Source: an uncultured Bdellovibrio sp.
GTDB taxonomy: Bacteria; Bdellovibrionota; Bdellovibrionia; Bdellovibrionales; Bdellovibrionaceae
Reading direction: 5' to 3'
DNA: 64,000 nt
Assembly (NCBI GenBank): GCA_963932905.1
Contig: CAWVRN010000005.1
Location: forward strand, 119,293 to 183,292
Shown here: positions 58,381-64,000 of the stretch, piece by piece
How the letters are laid out: each line of letters begins with the position of its first letter
Position numbering within the stretch: the first letter of the stretch is position 1
Notes under the pieces: generated by a model
What the model saw: only the letters and a program-made list of their open reading frames with translations
The model's database searches: none
What the model was told of the DNA's origin: nothing
Program-made: the position numbers and the translations under genes

Positions 58381-60375
58381 ATGTGGTACGCCGGACTTAA
58401 TCCCGAGCAACAACGAGCTGTGGCCCATAATTATGGGCCTCTTTTAATTTTGGCGGGTGCTGGTTCCGGCAAGACGACCGTTCTTGTATCAAGAACGGGA
58501 CGTATGATCGCAGAAGGCGTCGCCAAGGCAGAACAAATTCTGGTTCTAACATTCACGAACAAAGCCGCCCGCGAATTAAAACATCGGGTATCTGTTAAAG
58601 TTGGCAAGTCCGCAAAAAAAATATCGGCGGGTACATTTCACTCGTTCGGTCTTCAAATTATAAAAAAATATCACAAAGAACTCGAACTGGATGAAAACTT
58701 CGGTATCATCGACACATCAGATTCTTTTGCTATCTTGAAAGAGATGCTCAAAGAAATCAAAGTCGTTGGTCGTGATAAATACGATCTTGAGCATCTGTAC
58801 AATTTGATTCAAAATATTCGCAATAAAAAACACAATTCGACAATTGATGATGAATATCACCAAATGGCCGAGATTCTAGCGCCTAAGTATGAGAAGCGTT
58901 TAAATTTGTTGAGCGTCGTTGATTTTGAAAGTTTGTTGTTAAAACCTTTAGAGCTATTTAATAAATTTCCAGATATCAAAGCTCAGGTGCAAGCTCAGTA
59001 TACGCAGATCATGGTGGATGAATTCCAAGATACGAATTCAACTCAAATGAAGTTAATCAATCATTTGATCGGGCCCCATGATAATTTGTCGGTCGTGGGT
59101 GATGACGATCAATCCATTTACGGTTGGCGTGGGGCAGAAGTTCAAAACATTTTGAACTTCCCTAAATCACACAAGAACTGTGAAGTGATTAAGCTGGAAC
59201 GGAACTATCGCTCGATTTCGTCCATTCTGCATTTTGCGAACGATGTGATCAGTAAAAACAAATCTCGCCACGGTAAGATTTTAAAATCTGAAAGCAAGAA
59301 AGTTAAAGATCATATTCCTGAATTATTTATTTTGGAAAATGAAGAAGCCGAAAGTGAATTCATTGCTGCGGAAATTTTAAATTTTATCAAAGAGGGCTAT
59401 AAAGCCAAAGATATTGCTATTTTATATCGATCGAATTCCCAAGGCGCATGGTTAGAAAGTGCGTTAAAGAAAAATCGAATTGAATACACTATTACGGGTG
59501 GTTCGTCCTTGTTTGAACGTAAGGAAGTCAAAGACCTTGTGGCGTTCATTCGGCAGGCGATCCAAAGCAAAGATGTAACTCTAAAACGTATCATAAATGT
59601 TCCTCCGCGCGGGATTGGCGAAACCACGATTGAAAAGCTGAATGATTTTGCCAAAGCGAATGAAATTACATTCGGCGAATCATGCCGACGTTGGAGAGAA
59701 CAAGATATCATTGCTAAAGCGGGCGAGGGTATCGATGGATTGCTTTATTTCCTATCTGAATTGCCAAAGAAATTGGTTTCTCCGGGATCGAACGAAACTT
59801 CATTTTTGGAAGCATTTCGTGAAATGGGTTATCGTGAGTATGTGTACAGTTTATCTGAAGATGCGTCCGTTGGTGAACGTAAATGGGGCTTAGTTGAAAT
59901 CTTTGCCCGAATTTTGTTTTCGTTTTTAGAGAAGAACGGCATGAATTTGTTTATGTTGAAGGAATTTCTAGACCGTTTGATGTTACGTGATGAAATGCTG
60001 GCCGGTGATGAAGAAGAAAACAAAGTGCAGCTGATGACGTTGCATGCGTCTAAAGGGTTAGAATTTCCGGTCGTTATGTTATGTGGGATCGAAGAGGATT
60101 TGTTGCCGCATAAAAATCTGGGGCAAGACGTAGATGAAGAACGACGTTTATTTTACGTCGGTATCACGCGGGCTCAAGAGTATTTGCTGATGACGAAGTG
60201 TCTTGAGCGTAAAAAGAATGGCTCGTTTAAGAAAGTCGCTCTGTCGCGGTTTTTACTAGATGCTAATCCAGAGCTTTATAAAATATATCCGCGTGGAGTT
60301 CGCCCTGTTTCCGGCGAAAAACGAACTCAATTAGTTTCCGATTTTTTAAAGTCGTTGGATGCAAAAAAATTATAA
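58381..60375 (+). CDS. UvrD/Rep family SF1 helicase
   Basis: AGAGSGKT, TFTNKAA, VDEFQD, VGDDDQSIY, NYRS, TLHASKGLEF and EERRLFYVGITRA. Confidence 0.95.
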   Translation: MWYAGLNPEQQRAVAHNYGPLLILAGAGSGKTTVLVSRTGRMIAEGVAKAEQILVLTFTNKAARELKHRVSVKVGKSAKKISAGTFHSFGLQIIKKYHKELELDENFGIIDTSDSFAILKEMLKEIKVVGRDKYDLEHLYNLIQNIRNKKHNSTIDDEYHQMAEILAPKYEKRLNLLSVVDFESLLLKPLELFNKFPDIKAQVQAQYTQIMVDEFQDTNSTQMKLINHLIGPHDNLSVVGDDDQSIYGWRGAEVQNILNFPKSHKNCEVIKLERNYRSISSILHFANDVISKNKSRHGKILKSESKKVKDHIPELFILENEEAESEFIAAEILNFIKEGYKAKDIAILYRSNSQGAWLESALKKNRIEYTITGGSSLFERKEVKDLVAFIRQAIQSKDVTLKRIINVPPRGIGETTIEKLNDFAKANEITFGESCRRWREQDIIAKAGEGIDGLLYFLSELPKKLVSPGSNETSFLEAFREMGYREYVYSLSEDASVGERKWGLVEIFARILFSFLEKNGMNLFMLKEFLDRLMLRDEMLAGDEEENKVQLMTLHASKGLEFPVVMLCGIEEDLLPHKNLGQDVDEERRLFYVGITRAQEYLLMTKCLERKKNGSFKKVALSRFLLDANPELYKIYPRGVRPVSGEKRTQLVSDFLKSLDAKKL

Positions 60376-60376
60376 T

Positions 60377-62029
60377 ATGAAAATGCGTATTTTGTTTTTA
60401 GCCGCTTTGCTTTCAGCCTCAATGGCATGGGGCCATAATCCAGAGTTTTGGCAATCGTTTGATAACGAATTTGTTAAAATGGAAATGAGTTATCAGAATA
60501 ATCCCGATGTGAAATCTCGTTATCCAAAATTTTTGCGAAAAGCGTTGGAAGGCTTGTTGGGTTGGTATCCTGGGACGGTATGGGATATGACGAGTGATTG
60601 TTCTTTTGCGGAGTTGAATCACGCGCTGGCGGCAACAGGACCATTAAAGTCGAAATCACTTGTGTTGGATGATTTTATCCAGCGATGTCATCCTGTGTAT
60701 TCTAAAAATAACGTGATAAACGTACTTAAAATTATTTCGCAGCGTGGATCATTTCATCGTCATCCTTTCTTTAAATATTCATTTCTGAATTTTCCTAACG
60801 GTATAAAGACGCGCGCCTTGTGGGGAATGCGTTCGGAAGAAAAGCGCGATTTAATCGTCATTCGTCCCGGAGTTTACGCCAATGTCGATGAATTAATCGC
60901 TGAACGTTACATTCTGTTCATGTTAACGGAACTAAACGACTATCACATTCTTGTTTTAGAAAATTCAACTAGTGGTGATCATTTTGTAAATAACGAAAAT
61001 GTCATGATCGGTGGACCAAAAGAAGCTTTCGAGAACCTGTATTTGATTGAACAAATCAGAAAACATCCTCGATTGTCGGGCCTGGTAGGTAGAATTCATT
61101 TGATGGGTATGAGCCTGGGAGCGAACGGTGTATTGCTGTCTAGCTTAATCAATCAAAAAGAAAATCATAAGTATTTTGATAAAACAGTTTTGTTTTGTCC
61201 AGTAGTGGATTTAAAGGCTTCGTTCCAAGTGCAAATGCAAAGTGGTGTTAAACCATTTCTGATCGATTTGTGGAGCAGCCGTCGGTTTCAAGATCTAGAA
61301 CGAAAAAAGAACTTTGAATTGCCATCCTTCTGGTCGGCGTTGTTTTCACTGACTCCGCGTTGGGTGAATAGTGCCTGGGCGTGGTTTGAAAAAAATTATA
61401 AATTTCAACCAGACTGGCTAAAGTATGTGCCGTCCGAGTTTTACTCGGGTGATTTCACCAAGGACTACCAGTTTTTTGACGAACAAACTCGACTGCCTGA
61501 TAATTTCTATGCGATAGCAACCAAAACAGATCCGATTGTTCTCCCTGAAGATAATTATGAAAAGCTAGCCGCTAAGGCTCACGAAAATACGTTCTTTTAT
61601 AAATTCGAAGATGGATTTCATTGCTCGATGGCCTATGCGTATCAATGGAAATTTTTAGATACATTGTTTACCGGCGTTTTTGGGTTGCCGCCACAGACGG
61701 AAATCAAGCTGCCAAAAAAGTATCAACTGGCGATCGAAAAAGTACATCCCCATGCGGCGGAATCTATTTCTGGTGAATTACAAATTCGCTCTGTGGAAAT
61801 TGCAAAATTAGACAAAGATTCGGTAGAGCTATTAGTTTACTTCACTGGTGATTTTGCGGCCGAGATCCATTCCAGAAGCGGTCATGCCGTGATTCCACTG
61901 AAGGATTTGTATTTAGATGAGCACTTTGTAGAGTACGATATCGAAGTGATTCGCAATTACATCAAGCGTTTAATTCAAACTAAATTCACAATCGAAAAAG
62001 AGGGTGAATCTATCTTTATTAAAAATTGA
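60377..62029 (+). CDS. Secreted alpha/beta hydrolase-fold protein
   Basis: Signal peptide, GMSLG, DPIV and GFHC. Confidence 0.7.
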   Translation: MKMRILFLAALLSASMAWGHNPEFWQSFDNEFVKMEMSYQNNPDVKSRYPKFLRKALEGLLGWYPGTVWDMTSDCSFAELNHALAATGPLKSKSLVLDDFIQRCHPVYSKNNVINVLKIISQRGSFHRHPFFKYSFLNFPNGIKTRALWGMRSEEKRDLIVIRPGVYANVDELIAERYILFMLTELNDYHILVLENSTSGDHFVNNENVMIGGPKEAFENLYLIEQIRKHPRLSGLVGRIHLMGMSLGANGVLLSSLINQKENHKYFDKTVLFCPVVDLKASFQVQMQSGVKPFLIDLWSSRRFQDLERKKNFELPSFWSALFSLTPRWVNSAWAWFEKNYKFQPDWLKYVPSEFYSGDFTKDYQFFDEQTRLPDNFYAIATKTDPIVLPEDNYEKLAAKAHENTFFYKFEDGFHCSMAYAYQWKFLDTLFTGVFGLPPQTEIKLPKKYQLAIEKVHPHAAESISGELQIRSVEIAKLDKDSVELLVYFTGDFAAEIHSRSGHAVIPLKDLYLDEHFVEYDIEVIRNYIKRLIQTKFTIEKEGESIFIKN

Positions 62030-62077
62030 CCTTCGGAAATATCCTTCCTATGTTATAGATAACTACGGAGGGATTCT

Positions 62078-63052
62078 ATGATTCGAATGATTGAAGAGAG
62101 TCAGAGTTTAACATCGAAATCAGCGGTGTGTTTGTCGGCGATTGATTTGGCCGAAGTCGTGGGAATGTCACTAGCTGACTTGAAAGCGGATTTTTCAATC
62201 CATTTTGGATTGAATCAAAACTTAAGTTATCTGCCGGCCGAACTTGTTCGAGAATATTTAGGTAAGCGTGAATTTAAATACCCTAAAAAAGTAATTTCAT
62301 TTCAAATGTTAAAAGGTGGCGTGGCCAAAACTACATCCGCATTGAACATCGGTCTACGGGCCTCGATGCTGGGAGCGAAAGTTTTATTTATCGATCTAGA
62401 TCAACAAGCCAATCTGACGTTTGCTTTAGGTCATACGGACGAAACAGCACCGGTGTGGTTAGATATTTTTGAAAAGAAAGTATCGATTGAATCGGCAATA
62501 AAACCAATCAATTCAAATATTGACTTGATTCCTTCGAGTTTGAACAATTCCGTTTTGGAACGTGCGATGATCAATTCCAACAGAAATTGGTCAGAATCTG
62601 TAAAAAGTCAGCTCGATCAAATTAGTCTTAACTACGACTTAATTATCATTGATACTGCGCCCGCATTGTCGGCGACAAATACGGCGGTGACGGTGGCCAG
62701 TGATATGGTGATTCTTCCGGTGAACCCTGATAAGTTCTCGATCCTAGGTTTTGAGAAAAACTATCAAGAGCTGCAGGACATCAAAAAAGATTTCAAGATC
62801 AAAGCTGATATTAAGGTGCTTTTTACGAAATATGATGCGCGTGAGAAAATGAGCGGTGAGTATTTAGATGCATTTATTCAAAAATACCCGGATATTTTAC
62901 TTAAGAGCTATATTCGCGTCTCTTCAGACGCTAAAAACACCTTGGCGACATCGAAATCGATCTATTCGTCCAAATCGTCGGCGAAGGAAGATTACCATTT
63001 AGTCACAGTGGAGCTTCTAAAACTTGAGAAGGACAATTTATGCCATCTATAA
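62078..63052 (+). CDS. Orphan ParA family ATPase
   Basis: KGGVAKTT, IDLDQQAN and IIDTAP. Confidence 0.9.
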   Translation: MIRMIEESQSLTSKSAVCLSAIDLAEVVGMSLADLKADFSIHFGLNQNLSYLPAELVREYLGKREFKYPKKVISFQMLKGGVAKTTSALNIGLRASMLGAKVLFIDLDQQANLTFALGHTDETAPVWLDIFEKKVSIESAIKPINSNIDLIPSSLNNSVLERAMINSNRNWSESVKSQLDQISLNYDLIIIDTAPALSATNTAVTVASDMVILPVNPDKFSILGFEKNYQELQDIKKDFKIKADIKVLFTKYDAREKMSGEYLDAFIQKYPDILLKSYIRVSSDAKNTLATSKSIYSSKSSAKEDYHLVTVELLKLEKDNLCHL

Positions 63053-63657
63053 AAGACCACGAAAGTAAGAAAAAAAAGAAGCACGGGCATGCTCATCATG
63101 CTGCTCCAAAGAAGCATTCGAATGAACGTCTGCATGCGGATGAAGCTGAGGAAAATGAAGTTGAGGACGTGACCGCTGAAAAACCTAAGGCCGAAAAGCG
63201 TCGTCCGAGTCAATTGGATGCGGATGCCGTCGAAACTAAAGGTCAACCGGTAGGGGGCTCGGAAGAGTTTCAGACCTCATCGGTGGCCTCAGGCGTTGAT
63301 GACGAGGGATTTGTGAAACCTTCAAAGGGTGAAGGGAAACAGAATGAGGGTCACGATGCAGAACCTGAATCATTCCAATCGTTTTCTGAAGGCCAAAAAT
63401 TTGAGCTAAATTTCCCAGGTAGTTTTATTTTGAAAGCCAAGGCGCCAAAAGCATTTGATTTAGTTGAACGCGTCGCGGGTGACTGGGTGAATGATGGTAA
63501 ATTTGAATCGTTACCGGTAGGACATCCTCTCGCACAGATTTTAGCATCGAAGGCGTTGACTAAAGCAAAAAGCATTGAGAAAAATGTTTTGAATTCAACA
63601 CCAGTGACGCTGGCTAAGATCGGTCTTGAGTATGCGAAATCAAAGATTAAACGATAA
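63040..63657 (+). CDS. Hypothetical protein with charged low-complexity N-terminus
   Basis: Lys/His-rich then acidic region, folded-looking C-terminus. Overlaps both neighbours. Confidence 0.7.
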   Translation: MPSIKDHESKKKKKHGHAHHAAPKKHSNERLHADEAEENEVEDVTAEKPKAEKRRPSQLDADAVETKGQPVGGSEEFQTSSVASGVDDEGFVKPSKGEGKQNEGHDAEPESFQSFSEGQKFELNFPGSFILKAKAPKAFDLVERVAGDWVNDGKFESLPVGHPLAQILASKALTKAKSIEKNVLNSTPVTLAKIGLEYAKSKIKR

Positions 63658-63949
63658 ACTATCCGAAGAATTAAGGCCAACTTTTTTGCACATCGAAGAT
63701 GAATCGGGAAACCACAGTGTTCCTGAGGGATCCGAAAGCCATTTCAAAGTCATCGTTGTATCGCCAATGTTTGAAGGTTTGCCTAAAATAGCGCGTCATC
63801 AAAAAATATACTCTATTCTGGCCGATGAACTAAAATCGGGTCTTCATGCTCTTTCCATTCGAGCTTACACTGCTTCGGAGTGGGACAAAGAGAAACGACA
63901 TGGCGGTTATGACAGCCCCGAGTGTTTGGGCGGAAGCAAGAAATCATGA
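63626..63949 (+). CDS. bolA: BolA family protein
   Basis: ES.NH.VP.GSESHFKV.VVS, ARHQ.IY and GLHALSI. Confidence 0.92.
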   Translation: MSMRNQRLNDKLSEELRPTFLHIEDESGNHSVPEGSESHFKVIVVSPMFEGLPKIARHQKIYSILADELKSGLHALSIRAYTASEWDKEKRHGGYDSPECLGGSKKS

Positions 63950-64000
63950 ACTGGCCCCTTAGCCTGCGGCTAAGGCCAATTAAGATATCGTCAAATCAAG
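63946..64000 (+). CDS. Possible start of next gene (partial)
   Basis: ATGA overlap with the bolA stop; open to the window end. Confidence 0.3.
   Translation, partial: MNWPLSLRLRPIKISSNQ

Noticed and set aside
1..64000. CRISPR array, tRNA/rRNA, integrase/prophage, DGR or retron
   Set aside because: No spaced direct repeats, RNA gene signatures, reverse transcriptase, recombinase or phage genes recognised by eye.

Overview
Gene-dense, AT-rich chromosomal window of a Gram-negative bacterium. The gene set (many secreted hypotheticals, two S8 proteases, HD-GYP/PilZ/CheY-CheA-like/SpoIIE signalling genes, an orphan ParA) suggests Bdellovibrionota; this is an inference. About 56 CDS are present. 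Three are absent from the ORF track: lnt (runs off the left edge), rpmG and a 28-aa membrane smORF candidate. I saw no rRNA, tRNA, CRISPR array, transposase or prophage. The most striking non-genic signal is a pair of ~240-nt intergenic rod-like fold-back elements (7475-7713 and 18706-18945). Their long arms are largely unrelated in sequence, yet they share length, a two-stem architecture, position just after a + strand stop codon, and a conserved bipartite internal-loop motif (GRTTCYRGGTG-N4/5-GGGGATCTT ... AAGACCRRGCTYGAATYG). Other notable items: a FAN1-like VRR-NUC/DEDDh fusion nuclease, a PatA/SGNH O-acetylation cluster behind a sigma28-like promoter, a sigma54-like-promoter operon (giant secreted protein + S8 protease), a FecR-FN3/PP2C/STAS/CheA-like signalling cluster, a codon-mosaic lipoprotein, and a stand-alone Tudor-like protein next to a Tudor-less UvrD. 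All family assignments come from motif recognition by eye, not from database searches.
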